Positions 12,701 through 27,870 of a stretch of 64,000 bases of DNA are shown in pieces. Made by a program: the position numbers and the translations under genes. The notes beneath the pieces were generated by a model that worked only from the letters and a program-made list of their open reading frames with translations, was not told the origin of the DNA and ran no database searches. Every line of letters begins with the position of its first letter. Within the stretch, counting starts at the first letter, position 1. This DNA comes from Eledone cirrhosa (lineage: Eukaryota). Where the stretch lies: assembly GCA_964016885.1 (NCBI GenBank), contig OZ024742.1, positions 40,238,001-40,302,000 on the forward strand, given 5' to 3'.

Positions 12701-13490
12701 AAAATGCTTGAACATTTTCAATGTCTTTGCCAAATACTTGGCAATCACATATGAGTGGTGTTGAAGTACTGGCACGAAGTCATTTTGAAAGTATTGAATC
12801 TCTCATAATTCACTATAGATTGTGCTGGAGCAGCCATGTTGTAAGAGTGCCAGAACATTGTATTCTTCAGAATTACTGCATGGGAAGTTAGTCAAAGGTA
12901 AACGACCAAGCTCTAAACTAAAACTCAGGTATAAAGATTGCATCAAAAAAGCCTTGGTAAAGTCAAAAATAAGCGAAGATAACTGGGAAGACATAGCCTT
13001 AGGTCGATTATCTTGGAGAAAAACATTGATAATAGAAAACAGGAATTTGAAAAATCTTTTTGTGGAGCATATAAAATTAAAGAGAGGTCTGTGTAAGGGT
13101 CTACATGATATTACTTTACCTGAATTTTCAGATGTTCAAAATGACATTATGTGCAATGAGAGCGGTTGAATTTGCCTCAGTAAAGTTGGTCTTAGAAGTC
13201 GTCATAGAAGCCATGTACAAAATGTTGCTGATTTTGGTCTCCATGACATTTCTTCCTGTTGGAAGTGTGAAAAACAATGTACCCCAGCACGTGGACCCCA
13301 AAGTGATTTGAAAAATCACCAAAACAAAACAGTGAACCAAAGTGGAAGTAATGTTCATCACTGCAGCATATGTAGAAAGGAATATAAATCCTTGGCAGGG
13401 CTGAAGAGTTATGGCCGTGTCATCTGCCATCCATGTATGAGAGGGGGATCAGGTGGTGGCAATTGTTGAAATCAAGATGCAACCATCATA
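12700..13490 (+). mobile_element. Degenerate RTE/BovB-like LINE 3' end with zinc-finger-like remnants
   Basis: LYSSELLHGKLVKGKRPSSKLKLRYKDCIKK...WRK, then C..C...GL..H-like motifs and a (GTAT)n tail. Confidence 0.65.
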
Positions 13491-14399
13491 TATGTATGCA
13501 TGTATGTATGTTTGTATGTATGTATGTCAGGTCACTCTTGAGTGCTACTGGTAACATGTAACCCAGTACAACTGTCACATGGTCGGGTCGTCGGCGACTA
13601 AATTGGCAACCCCACCAAGTTTACTTGGTGAGGCGGGTGATTTTGGACACTCTGCAGGACAAAAAATAAAACCTGACCAAGGGCGGAAGAACTCATAAGA
13701 GTCAACGGCCATCCAAAAGTGTGTAAATATGTATATACACATGTACATATGTGTGTATATGTATATGTGTATGGGTGCATGTGTATGTATATGCGCGGCG
13801 ACATAGAAATAGTTGGGCTGGACACCCGATCGCCCGGTTAAACCACTGGGAGTGAAGGGCCCCTAGCCTTTGTCAGGGCATTCTTCTAGGAGAAGGCATC
13901 TCAGGAAACTGGGATGACTCCGATATAAAACCTACGGCTCAGTAGTTACCGATGATGTTGATCTTTTCTTCTTTTTGGGTTATAACTACTGTCGCTCAGA
14001 GAGTGGGATTGGCTCAGTGCACAGTCTTTCCTCACTTTAAAAAATATCTTCAGGCAAAAGCATTGCACGATAGAATTAATTAATAATTATTAATAATGGT
14101 ATATCGTGTAATGGCCATACTCGATAACGAGGGGGCAGCCATCATGTATGTATGTATGTATGTATGTATGTATGTATGTTCTTCTGGTTTTATAATTTCA
14201 CAAATGTTTACCAATAGAGAGAGAGAGTCGGTTTCTAACATAGTTACAAGACTTTCTCATTGGAATTTACACATCAACTAGGTAGATATGTATGCATGTC
14301 TGCATGCATGTGTAGGTATGGATGTTATTGTGTGTGTGCATGTGTATATGCTTTGTATCTGTACATGTGTATATGCAGTTATTAGATGCAACATTTTTG

Positions 14400-14930
14400 G
14401 AATGTTTTACATATTTTTACTGTTCCATTAATGGATTGTACTTGTAATTTCCTAACTAGTTGTGTTCTTTCTGTTCCTGTGAAACCTAGCTTCTCAAGAT
14501 TTGTATTGAGGCAGTTACTAACATACCCCAGTGCCCCCAATAATCACAGGCATAAATCTGAAGGTATAATCAAGGTGGAGTATCTGCAGATTTCTCATTA
14601 GTTCTGCATAAATATTCTACTTTTTGCTCATCTTTGATATTATATTGGCATCTGCTGGGCAGCTAACTTCCACTACTGTGCATGCTTTCTTTTCCCTGTC
14701 CCATATCATAATATCTGGTCTGTTATGCCTGCATTTTATTGGGGTTTTTACTGGAACATTCCACCAGTACTCTTTCATATTATGTATATGTATGTCTTCC
14801 ACATTGCTGTAGCTTTTAATGTTTATTATCGGGGCTATCTTTTCTACGGATTGCATTGTACAGTGTTTTGGCCACTACATCATGCCTCATAGGTAGATAG
14901 TACCGTGATGACATCTTTGGACAGCTGCTT
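14400..14930 (-). mobile_element. Degenerate fragment of another restriction-like-endonuclease LINE
   Basis: HNRPDIMIWDREKKACTVVEVSCPAD. A related fragment is on + at about 40480-40940 (YNRPSIIIWETKEKLCTI). Confidence 0.7.
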
Positions 14931-16284
14931 ATGTATGTATGTATGTTAGCCAACCGGGAGTGACAGACTCTTACTTCTTGTTAGGACATCATTCTAGGTG
15001 AAGGAAAACTCTGATGTAAAACCTGCAGCTTGATCGCAGCCAATGATATTGGCCTGCTTTTCTTTTTGGATACCTGTTATCATTGTTCAGAGAGTGGAAT
15101 TGGTTCAGTGTAAGGTCTTTCTTCAATTAAAAAACCTTCAAGCAAAGGAATCATTTGATCTAAAGAACTTTCACTTCTGTTACATGAGTATGGCTTTTTC
15201 TTTTTTATTTCACTGTAGCATCTGCAGAAAGAAATCGAAGTCCTTGGAAGGGCTAAAACATCATGTTCGTGCCTCCAATATATGAGAAAAGAATCAAGGG
15301 ATTGCAATTTCAAAACCGAGATTTGGTTCTATGAAATAAAACTACCCATTTTAACAGGTTCCTATTTGAATTAAAATCTCCCAACATGATTTTACATAAG
15401 AATCATATGTTACTATTTTAATGGCATTATGAATAATTTGAGTAAATCCATCCAAATTCTTCATTCACTCTTTAGCATTTAAACCAGCTGTATCCGGCCA
15501 GAATTCACTCACCTCTTTCTGTTCAAACTGGCCATAACTGGCCACTCATACTTATATTAAGGTATTACTCTTAAAATAAATAATATCAAAATCTCGTAGA
15601 TTTGATATTCAACAGTTGATCAACAAGATCCTAGACCTCATTTGCTTAACGAGAGGGGTGGAGCTCGTCAAATCGGACTGAGGAAACAATGTTTCTATTG
15701 GTCTTTCCAATTGCTAATAGATTCGATATTATGTGAGATAATTATGTGAGTTAAAGCCTTTACCACGAAAATATAATAGTAATTGCTAAAGAGTTAATTG
15801 AAAAAGGTATGTTTCATTAGAAATACAATCACAAATATATTTAACCACAACATCAAGCACAATAACAACAAAAACAAGCTAAACAACAACAAACACAATA
15901 ATAGCAACAACAACAATGACAACAAGCACAGCAACAACAGTAAGGGCATCTTCCACAGATAGCTAATTGATTAAGAAATTATTACTTATTCCATGATTGT
16001 TTAAGATATTTTCAGTCGATTTATCTAATTAAATGGTGTTAAAATGTTACACCTGGCCTAACTAAATTAATGGTTGATAAGTTAATGTCTGAAATAGATT
16101 TTTGCACTCATTTCTATGAATTGTGCATTCTAATTATAAGATGCTTATCCAAGCAATGCTAAAATACATAAATTTCAATAAATTATTGCAATCATCGACC
16201 AAACAAACAATTAAATAACTTTGATCAAGGGTTTGTTTTCTTTCTTTTGTAAATCTAACTTATGAGTGAAACATAACACAAGTA

Positions 16285-16343
16285 TTCTAACACTACTACT
16301 GTTACTACTACTACTACTACTGCTACCACTACTACTGCTACTA

Positions 16344-16375
<32 letters not shown>

Positions 16376-16435
16376 ACTGCTACCACTACTACTACCACTA
16401 CTACCACTACTACCACCACCACCACCACCACCACC

Positions 16436-16479
<44 letters not shown>

Positions 16480-16509
16480 CACCACTACTACTACTATTAC
16501 TACGACTGC

Positions 16510-16544
<35 letters not shown>

Positions 16545-16556
16545 ACACTACTGCTG

Positions 16557-16587
<31 letters not shown>

Positions 16588-16608
16588 ATTACTACTACTA
16601 CTACTGTA

Positions 16609-16682
<74 letters not shown>

Positions 16683-16705
16683 TACTACTATTACTACTAC
16701 TACTA

Positions 16706-16745
<40 letters not shown>

Positions 16746-16768
16746 CACCTCCACTACTGCTGCTGCTG

Positions 16769-16826
<58 letters not shown>

Positions 16827-16846
16827 CACCTCCACTACTGCTGCTG

Positions 16847-16910
<64 letters not shown>

Positions 16911-17190
16911 TACCACTACTACTACTACTACTGCTACTGCTACTACTACTACTACTACTCCCACCACCACCACTGCTACTTCCACCACCACCACCACCAC
17001 CTCTACTACTACTACTACTATACTACTACCCAGTTATAAGCAGTAACTCAGACCTAACACTCATCTCAACTATTGCCACTAACAACTATCACAACCACCC
17101 TCACCACTAACATCACCATCCCCCACCACTAACATCACCACCATCACCATTAGTATCATCACCATGACCACAAACATCATCACCACTAGC
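16285..17190. repeat. Compound (CTA)n/(CCA)n/(CTG)n microsatellite
   Basis: Seen directly. Confidence 0.95.
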
Positions 17191-17610
17191 TACAGTATGC
17201 CTTCACTTCCAATGAAGGAGTCTAAATTCTCAACATCCTGTTATGATTTAGTAGAAAATATCTAAAAATGGGTTTAATTCAAATGTTTATAATATCTTTA
17301 CTAGTACTTTATTTATTGACCCCAAAAGGATGGAAGAAAAGTTGACCTCGGTGGGATTTTAACTCAGGACATAGAAAGTTGGGACAAAGAATTCTATCCA
17401 ACATTCTAATGACTTTGCTCATTAACTGCTGAGATACAATAATAATATCTTTAAATAAGATGAACATATTTGTTGTTATCTTTGAAGACACAGGTACAGT
17501 CACATATATAATTGCTTATTCCAATTTGTAGAAATCATGCCAAAAAAAATAAAAAGTGAACAGTTTCAATCTTGGTGGAGATTTGAAACTGTCGTCATTT
17601 ATTTAATTAA

Positions 17611-17831
17611 CCCTTTAGCATTTAAACTGGCCATATCTGGCCAGAATTCTCTCATCTCTATCTATTCAGACCAGACCTAACTGGCCACTCATACCAATGA
17701 TAAGGTATTGTTCTCAAAATAAATAACATCAAAATCTCATAGATTCGATATTATATGTGATAATTATGTGAGGTAAAGCCTTTACTGTGAAAATACAATA
17801 ATAAATATAGAGTAATGTAAATGCTAAAGGG
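17611..17831. mobile_element. piggyBac-type MITE
   Basis: TTAA|CCCTTTAGCATT ... AATGCTAAAGGG|TTAA. A diverged, longer copy is at about 15466-15797. Confidence 0.8.
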
Positions 17832-18538
17832 TTAAACATTATTTTTGCTTCAAGTGTGATAAGTAAAAAATTACATATAATTATTATTTTTTTTAAATTT
17901 CACTATATATTTAAATGAATTTATAGACTAGTCTTCTATACCTGCCAGGACCTATGAAATAATGAATCAATCTTTATTTCAAATAAATTGAACATTATAA
18001 ATTTTGTTTAGGTAAAGTGAAATTAAAACAATAATTGAGATTGAAACCTCTACGTAATATTTATAACACCATCACAATATGACTACCTACAAAATAAACA
18101 TAGTTTTGAGAAACATTGATATATTTAAATTGATTTTTTAAGTGAATAATAAAGAAACTGAAGATAAATATTTGACATTTTCTCAATAGTATTATGGCCC
18201 ATTGGCAAGCAAGTAGGGTAGTGAAGGTATTAGAGTAGAGTAATAGGTTGGTTAGGGCTTCAGTCTGGCTTGAGAAAAGGAGCTGGTTGAGATTTAGCCC
18301 CAGATCAATCAGAAGACAGCATGGTAATGCTCTAATTATTTTCTTTAAAATAACTGAAATAAAAAAGATAAAAATAAAGATGCCTTACATTTCTTCCAGT
18401 AGAGATTGGAACCCTACTCCCATCTATACATTCAGAATGCAGAAATAGAGACCCTAACTTCCAGAGTGAAAAATTCAGATATTTAAAACAGTAAGGTGGT
18501 TGCTGATAGGAAGGGCATGTAAATGTAGAAACCATGCA

Positions 18539-18570
<32 letters not shown>

Positions 18571-19558
18571 GGGGGTTGAGAGGAGTCTTCAGTTGTGTCA
18601 AGGATACAACAACTATTGTTGGGGATATGATAAAATGCACTTAATACACTTTGTAAACTGATTGTTGATAGGAAGAGCATTCTGCCTTTAAAAACTTGTC
18701 ATACAAGGTTTCAAGAGGACACTTAACTTGTATCAAAGACACGAAAACCTTTCTATTGCTGGTGTCATGATAAAATGCATCCAGCACATTCTGTAAAATG
18801 TGGGAACATATGTAAGTGAGATGTAGCCTCCAGCCAGTTCAAGATGTCAGTAGCTCTGATTAATTACTGATTGGTCTGGGACAACCCATCAAATCTTTGT
18901 TAGCAGTTAAACAAATATTAAATGATAATGATAATGATGGAAACAAGTTTATTATTAAAATTTATATGAAAATAGTTTTAAATATAAAAGTTTTGACAAA
19001 AGAATTGTTGAAATCAGTCAAGTCTACTCATAAGACGTAGACTAGAGAACACCGAAGTATGGAAAATGGACATGATGATGGTGATATATTTTCATGAACG
19101 AAAGCAAGCTAATAATAGATCATTGCTACCTGACAGAACATATGTCTGTACACAATACCAATTGTTATGAATCTCCATTGCACTTAACTGAAGACAGATA
19201 TTTATGGAAAAGTAGTGGTAAAAGCTATAAATCATCCTCTGTGCTAAAAAGTCATCTTTGCCTTGCAGCTCATTAACAAACAATGGTCATGTTGTTTATT
19301 GAGTTGACTTTCATCATGTATTTCTGTGTGGATAATACACAAACACACATATGTATGCATGTATGGGTGTATGCATGTATGTATGTGTGCGTGGGTGTGT
19401 GTATGTGTACATATGTAAATATATATGTGTGTATGTGTGTGTGAGTGTGAGAGAGAGGAAGTGCAATGTTCCCAAAAGATCAACAGATAAATATAACGAA
19501 AAAGAAAAGAAAAAGAGAACAAAAACAAAAAAAGAAGACAAAACAATGGTATTCTTAC

Positions 19559-19714
19559 CAAGAACAGATAAAGATATTCGCCAGGAGGAACTAATCTGTT
19601 TCATGGCATCTAAGGCATCTTCAAGTCTGTGAGAAGGCAAGTTGCTGAAGTTATTGGCTCTGAAGTTGTAGAAACCAACTAGCATGCCAAAAGCCATCAC
19701 AGTACCAAATAACC
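19559..19714 (-). CDS. SLC35F6: SLC35F6-like internal exon (G)LFGTVMAFGMLVGFYNFRANNFSNLPSHRLEDALDAMKQISSSWRISLSVL(G)
   Basis: 156-nt exon, acceptor tttttcag| and donor |gtaaga, phase 1-1. It has GLFG and LEDALDA motifs in the expected order and follows a 19.2-kb intron. Confidence 0.85.
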
Positions 19715-20256
19715 CTGAAAAACAAAAAGGAAAAAATTGATCAATGAAGTTCAGGCATAGCTGTGTATTTAAGGAATCCACTTCATAACAATGTGGTTCT
19801 GGGTTCAGTTCTGCTAAATGGCATTTTGGGGCAAGTGTCTTCTACTATAGCCTCAGGTTAAACAATACCATGTCAGTGGAATTCAGTAGATGGAAACTGC
19901 AAAGTCATATATATATATATATGTTGGTATGGTCATGTGACGCGTATGACGGATGACAGCTGCATAAAAAGGTGCAGAGCAGTAGAAGTCGATGGAAACC
20001 GCGGAGTGGGGAGACCCAAGAAGACCTGGGATGAGGTGATAAAAGCCGACCTTACCCAATTACACCTCTCGAAGGCGATGACACACGACCGTGACCTCTG
20101 GCGTCATGCAGTAATACAGAAGACCTGACCCCCCACAGCTACAAGCTGAAACTGAAACATATAGATAATATGCTCCCACACCCTCCCACTGGGAGTATAG
20201 AAAAGTATAGAAATTATTGTGAGCAAGAAGCCAACAGTATTCCATAATATATAATA

Positions 20257-20580
20257 TTTTACGTCCACTTTTTCCCTGCTTGCAAGAGTGGGACGGGAAC
20301 TGATTCTGGCTTGATTTCTACAGCTGGATGCCCTTCCTAACACCAACCTCATTTACAGTGAGTGCTGGGTGCTTTTTTGCCGTGGCACCTACACGTCCAC
20401 TTTGCAGTGGAATGATATGGACCCCAGTCTTTATCATCTCATTTCTACAGCTGAGTAAACTGAAGCAATGTGAAATAAAGTGTCTTACTCAAGGAAACAA
20501 CACATCACCCGGTCTGAGAATTGAACCCGCAACCTTCCAATTGCAATCCCAATGCTCTAACCACTAAGCCATGTGCCTCC
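20257..20580 (-). mobile_element. SINE family B copy
   Basis: Reverse complement of 36048-36382 with high similarity. Confidence 0.85.
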
Positions 20581-20900
20581 ATATATATATATATAACTAA
20601 CAATAACAACACTACCAACACAAGAATTGAGGTCAGATGTACCTAACAATAACAAGAACAACAACTACAGATTGGCTTGCCTCAGAATGAACTTCTATAG
20701 ACTTTTGAATGAGGAATGTTCTAACAACTGACCAATGAGAGGAGAAGAGGCCTTTTGACACTGAAATTCGTTTGTTTGAATTCATATGATTCCAGTTCCT
20801 CAGTGAAATAACAACCCAACCAGGAACTGGGCATATCAGAGTATTGACAAAATTATACACCTCAACAACATATGTACTTGTCTATACCACACTAATTCAG

Positions 20901-20955
20901 ACTGCCTGAAGAGGTCACAGCCAAAGATGGCTGTCACCGAAATATATATAGCAGT
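20901..20955 (+). ncRNA. Minimal type-I hammerhead ribozyme
   Basis: ACTGC-CTGAAGA-GGTcACAGCCA aaga TGGCTGTcACC-GAAA-TATATAT-A-GCAGT, then AATAAA. Stem I is perfect and stem III is palindromic. Confidence 0.85.
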
Positions 20956-21097
20956 AATAAACGAAGCTAAATTTTAAACATTTGACTTTTATTTTACTTT
21001 ATTTTACATTACTCCGGAGTAACCAAACCAACCTGCGCACTTCGTCGAGTGCTCCAGCCTGCATACTGAGGTGTTGGTATACAACCAACATATACTA

Positions 21098-21151
<54 letters not shown>

Positions 21152-21276
21152 TTAGTTAAGCAAAACAAGACCACAAATTTCACAAGGAAGACATTATTAA
21201 AAGATTGACAACATATTTTAGTTTGATGTAAGGAATGTAGAGAATAATAAGAATAATATTAATAATAATAATGTTC

Positions 21277-21396
21277 GTTTACAATTGTTTCGCTACTCCA
21301 TATAATATTTCTGGATCAGATGACTATATATCATAATTGATCTGGTTCAGTTGAAAATAATTAACATATTTAAAAGACAGAGCGGCTCATCATAAC
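21277..21396 (-). ncRNA. Degenerate hammerhead with long stem II insert (C3A)
   Basis: Minus strand GTT-ATGATGA-GCCGCTC ... GAGTAGC-GAAA-CAATTGT-A-AAC. Confidence 0.55.
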
Positions 21397-22455
21397 TTCA
21401 AAGGAATATAAATTAAAATAATGAGAGAATGTTACATAATATAATGTTCCATATATTGGTTTTTACTATGGTGTCTTGGTTGCATCAGTTGTCAGCCATA
21501 ATCAAGCAGTATTCATCTGTCGAGGCTGCATTGTGTGAGATCTACCTATGGGTAACAAGATGGCTGCCAAAGGGCATATTTACCTTACTAATTAGAGGGT
21601 GGTTTCAGGGGAAGTAACTCCTCGAGAGATTAGAAATTGTGGGTGTTTATAGTTAAGTGCTAATTTTTAAATTTTTTTAATTGAGAGACAATGTAGGGGA
21701 TACAAAATATTTATACATATATATATATATATATGTATAAATATTTTGTATCTCCAAAGAAATACAGTTTTAGGAAGCCGTAGCTATGCAAACACTGGGA
21801 GGGGTGCTAACGCCCTCTGGTGATGTCCAGCAGAAGCAAGGGGGACAACTGTTTATGCATTTCAAGCTTAACTGGCCTTCGTCAGGACGGTCCCTCCCAC
21901 CGTTTGCGACTGCTGGACTAGAAGCCAGCTGAGAATATATACTTTTCTCGTCTGTGTAAATGAGGTGATTAGACAGTTGTCCCCCTTGGTTCTGCTGGAC
22001 ATCACCAGAGGGCGTTAACCCCCAGTGTTTGCATAGCTACGGCTTCCTAAAACTGTATTTTTTTGGAGATATGAAATATTTATACATATTGTATAAAGCT
22101 ATGCTTGAAGCGAAATCCTATTTCTTTATATATATATATGTATATATATATATATGTATATATATATACTCAAGGAAGAGAGAAAAAGAGAAAGCGATAA
22201 ACGAAAATGTGAACTCCTTCATATATCTATATGTATGTAGACCATGTTCACTTATACCATATTATTATTACTATACACCTCAACTCCATTATATATTTTA
22301 TTATACACTTCTGTAACATGAAGAAGCCTACAACTTTTGGCTGTTGTAAATAAATGTTTTGCTGTTATTCTATGAGAAAATCCCATTAGCATTTTCTACT
22401 GTTTTTTTATTTTACTAATATATACCAACTCGTGTGTCACTTCTCAACATTCTAA

Positions 22456-22495
<40 letters not shown>

Positions 22496-23722
22496 ATGTA
22501 TATATGTGTGTCCATGTCTATGTTTACATTTGTGTTGTGTTTCTGTCCTGTAACTTAGTTGTTTGACACAAAGAGATCAATAAAATAATTACCAGACTTG
22601 AAAATATAAGTACTGAAGTCGTCAATATGATCAACTAAATAAAGACAGTATTCCAGCATGGTGGCAGAGTGAAACCATTAATAGAATAAGAAAATATAGA
22701 TTCAAACCAGTAATAGAATGAAAGAATGTATAAACATGTCACAAGAGGAACAATGAGATACATGAAACCCCTTGATAGCAACCCATCCAAATCTGCCCTT
22801 ACTTCTATCAAACAAAAATATGGAAGGATACAGTGATACTAACTATTCTAAACAGATGCAAATAGAATTAAACTAGATACACATAGAAGTAAACAGAAAG
22901 GTAACAAAATATAAATCCTGAAGGCAAATAGATTAGTGTTAGAGTTATTGGGCTCATGATCATATGGTCATGGGTTCAATTCCTGGACCAAGTTGTGTGT
23001 TTTGTTCTGAAGTAAGACATTTCATTTCATGTAGGATTGGAGTTGCGATCATTAAAGCACCCAAGAAATCATCTGATGTCAGTTAAACCTGCTTAGGTGT
23101 AAGTTGTAGATTTAATTTCATTTTTTTTTTTTCATATCTAAAATCTTGTAAGGCATTTTAGTTCCTCACACTTCACCATTTCTACTAGTTCGTTCCATAC
23201 GTAGCTCTGACCACAGACCTTTACATCTTGGACTCATAGGGACACCATCATTGTATATGGTACGTCTGGGGCATTTAAAACTAGTGGAGCCCATTCCTCT
23301 CCAGGATGGAACACAACCAATTTCTTTCACAGAGAGGAGGGGGGGGGGGATTAGAAAGAGATGTATAGGAAGCATCAGTCCCAGTATTGAACTGGTACTG
23401 TAATTATTGACCTTGATGGGATTTGAACTGAGAGAGCAGTGTTTTGAAACAAATACTACAAAGCATTCTATTTGATGTTCTAACAACTTTGTCAATTTGT
23501 CGCCTGTTTGTTCCTTGCAACAATCTATAAATATGGAAATATGAATACAATGCCAATAATAATTCAATAACAAGTGTGTAGAGTAATGTTCAGTAATAAG
23601 AAGGTTTAGTGAGAGGAACATCAAACAGTGATAATGTTCAGTGTGCTCCTATGTTCCGAGTGCCTGAAGCAGTTGCCACTTTATTAATTCCTAATGACAT
23701 CAGTTTGTACACCACATTGATT

Positions 23723-23771
<49 letters not shown>

Positions 23772-23854
23772 AAGTAGTAGTAGTAGAAGTAGTAGTAGAA
23801 CATTAAATATAGGACCTCTTGCTTTGCCTCTCCTACTTTTTCACTCCCACTCAT

Positions 23855-23921
<67 letters not shown>

Positions 23922-24217
23922 ATATATATATATATATATATATATATAATGTATGTGTGTGTGTATGTATATATACATTGCTCAAAGTTTAAGAGAAAGA
24001 CAATATTTTCAATATTTTTGTTCCTTCCAGCAGTTTCAAAGTTCATGTATTAGAAAGGAGTGAGGAAATAAATAAAGAAAGAAAAAGAAGAAATGTCTTT
24101 GTAAGTTGAATTGCTAACTACTGATTATATTAGTGAATATCTTTAGTAAAGTCAAGTGAAATAGTCACCCTGAAGATTACAGTGAAATTGGTTTTACATC
24201 TGGTTATAGATTTATCA

Positions 24218-24520
24218 GGCATGGCCATGTGGTTAAGGAGTTTATTTCACAACCATGTGGTTCTGGGTAAAGTCTTGTTGAGCAGCACCTAGGTTAACTG
24301 TCTTCTACTATAGCTTGGGATTGAGCAATGTCTTGTGAGTAGAATTTGGTAGACAGATCCTGTTGTGTGTGTGTGTGTGTGTCCATCTATGTATGTGTCC
24401 TTGTGTGTGTATTTATACTTGTGACTGTGTTTATGTCCTATAACTGAGCAGTTTGACACACAAAAAAGAGATTGATAAAATAAGTACCAAATTTGAAAAG
24501 ATAAGTACTTGGATCGATAT
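24218..24520 (+). mobile_element. Older tRNA-derived SINE family C
   Basis: GGCATGGCC..GTGGTTAAG...GTCTTCTACTATAGC...GAATTTGGTAGAC then (TG)n. Related copies at about 19753-19905 (+), 61606-61707 (-) and 63820-63999 (+). Confidence 0.65.
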
Positions 24521-26223
24521 TAGCAACATGATTTTACCTTAGCCTTCCATGCTGGCATGGGTTATACAGATTATCTGAGATTAGACAGGTCATTAGACCC
24601 CATCCTGCTCATATGTTCCATATTTGGCATTGTTTTTTCAGCTGGATGTGCTTTTTTACACCAACTCTATTGACAAAAAAATCAAGATAGTGCCCTAAAT
24701 GGCCACAATCTAATGACTAAAACCAGTAAAATACAAAAGAATAATAATAATAAATAACCTTGCTCTGCAGAGATCACTTTATCTATAGAAAGTTTCTTTT
24801 GTTCAGGTTTTGATAATGATTGATTTTTCTCCTCTCTATCCTGTTGTTCATTTTCTTTCTTTCAAAGTTTTAAGTTTCTTTCCCTCTTTACAGTAATTTC
24901 CTATCAATTGCTGAAAGTCTTATAAATGTAGAAAAGCAATTATAAGATTCTTGGACATTCATGATTCTTCACTCCAATGTATAACTGGTGCATTTCCATA
25001 CTCTTATATTGTTTTTAGTTCATTCAACTATTCTGATAAGAGTTTCTTGTTGTTTATCTAATGTAGGAAGACTCACAAATATTTTGGAAAGGTAATTTTA
25101 TGAATGTGAAACATTCATAAAAAATTTAACACTTTTGATACCAAAATGCTTGAAACCTCCTTAATTCTAGGATACTAAGCTGTATATTTTAAATTTATCT
25201 AAAATCCTGCCATCATGATTTTATGTAAGAACCTTTGTTCCAACACCTCTCAATAATGAGGAAGTTAGTTATGTTACTAAACCCTTTCAAATTCTTGATA
25301 ATTTTCAGTTATTTCAAAATCATAGGCAATGTTTCTCATTACAAAACTTTATATTTTAATGTCTTTCTGTTTATCTAAAAGTCCTTCATGATAATTTTAT
25401 GTAAGAACCTTTGTTACTTTATATTCCAGAACCATATGATTGCAAATGTGAACTTCATAAGTACTTAGCCACATTTGTGTCCAGTCTTAAAATAAGGAGA
25501 GATTTTAAACAATGATATACAAAACGGTTAGGATGATTGGGAGGACAAGATCAACCTTAATGATAAGTTTCTGGTCCATCAAGATTGACCTAGGGCTAAA
25601 TAGCACCACCATCAATCACAATAATAAAATTTATATGAATAGTTGAAAATTAGCAACAAGTAAATCATAAAAACAAAAATTAAGTGTTTACATTTAATGT
25701 ATTGGATTGAATATTGATTGAAAAAGAAATATTCTGAACACTTTATGCATATTTTGCTCTCTCTCTCTCTCTCTCTCTCACTCTCACACACACACACACA
25801 GATATCTGTGTATGTGTGTAAGTGTATATATATATATATAGATACATACAATAAATTTATTAGAAGAATAAGGAGAGAACTCAATGAATTAAAGTTTATA
25901 TATATATAAATGCATGTGTATGGGTTTATACATATAAATGCATGTGTATGGGTCTAACCCATGATAGATGTTAAACGAAGATGATGATGATGATGATGAT
26001 GACAGAAACATACACACATATATATATATACATTTAAGTGAGTATTTAAAATGTAACTGTACATAAAATATTCAAAGATTAACTGAATGAGTACTTAATA
26101 TGTGTAAGTAAAATGTAAATTTTATTTTCTGAATAGAAATTTAACAGTGACTTGGAAGATTCAGCTTTGTTTCTTGTCATATTGGCTCCTCAGGCGATGA
26201 TGTACATGTATGAATGTATACAA

Positions 26224-26269
<46 letters not shown>

Positions 26270-26271
<2 letters not shown>

Positions 26272-27292
26272 GATCATACTGGACAAGTTCCTTGGCAACA
26301 TTGCTGTTGAAATCCTTCTCAGTGTGACTTTAGAAATGGTAGGGGGCCAATGGGCATGAGCTTTACAGTCAGACAGCTGCAAGAAAATTGCATTGAGAAG
26401 ATGGACCTGTGGAAGATTCTCAGAAAACTCAGGTGTCCTGATAAATCTATCTCTGTGTTGAGAGGTTTCCTTGATGGAATAAAGGCAAATTTAAACGTGG
26501 GTGGTAAGCTCTCTGATCCCATTGTAGTTGATAATGATTTTAAGCAGGCAGGCACTTCAGCACCGACTCTATGCCTGTTGCACTTTGCTATGGTTTTCTT
26601 GGTGGCTTTTGAGGGTTGCTCACATGGGGTCTACATTAGATATTGAACAACTGGTGAAATGTTCAATATCAGAAGTTTGTCACTAATATATGAATTCCAA
26701 TATGCTGACGACTGTGATCTTGTCACTCATTCCTAGGGTGACATGCAACATCTCATGGATTCTTTTTCGAAAGCATGTAATGCTGAAAAAGACTGGTGTT
26801 GTACCAGCCTGCACCAGGCAAAGCTTACTCTATGCCAAACATGCATGTCTATGGCCAGAGATTGAAAGTCATGGGTAAGTTTGTATATCTTGCCAGCACT
26901 GTGAATGTGACCAATACTCTGGATGAAGAAATCTACTCCCAAATCTAGAAGGTAAGTGATACATTAGGAAAACTGGATGGAGGTCTATGGCCTCAGCTTG
27001 GTATTCTCATTGACAAAGTTAAATATATATGATGCTTGTGTTTTGTTCTCTTTGTTGTATGCATCGGAGACTTGGGTCACTTACCAAAAGCATCTCAAAA
27101 GGTTGGAGCACTTTAACCAACAGTGTCTTCGATATATACAGGGCATCCACTGGAAAATGTACGTGAGTGACACTGAAGTCTTCGAATGCAGTCAGTCTAC
27201 CAGTATAGAGTCTCTTATATTTCAGCATCGATTAAGATGGATTGGTCATGTAGTGAGAATGAATGGTGACCACATCAGGTATGGGGTTATGT
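26270..27292 (+). mobile_element. Degenerate RTE/BovB-like RT fragment
   Basis: VRQLQENCIE, FQYADD-like and LLYASETW..RLRWIGHVVRM motifs spread across frames. Confidence 0.75.
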
Positions 27293-27354
27293 TGTAAATG
27301 TCATGCTCCTGACTAGAGTTTGAACATTGTCTTATTTTCATGGAGAGAACAGGG

Positions 27355-27412
<58 letters not shown>

Positions 27413-27580
27413 CGAAGGAAGTGTGGTAAGGAACCAGGTGGACCATAACACACCAGAGTACTCGGTACTTTGGGTAGTAGAGTGGGTAATAGGAAAAAAG
27501 TCAGGACTCTGACGGCAGAGTTCAAGCTGTTTCGAAGGCTAACGGTTTGAGCTCTGCCGTCGGGATCCTGACTCTTTTCC

Positions 27581-27616
<36 letters not shown>

Positions 27617-27870
27617 TAAATGAAAGGATTGCAAAGGAGAATATAGACTGTTAGAACATGTTTATACAAAAGCACCTACGTACGTTTTGTCCGAAAAGGG
27701 CTTCTCAAGGGCATACAAATCTAGATAGTGTTCAGTACAGGACCTAGAAGGGGTTTTAAGATGACAATCACATTAACAGACATGTCTGTTTGAATCAAGA
27801 ATGAATTTCTATGTGATTGTCATCTTAAAACCCCTTCTGGGCCCTGTACTGAACACTCTCTAGATTTGTA

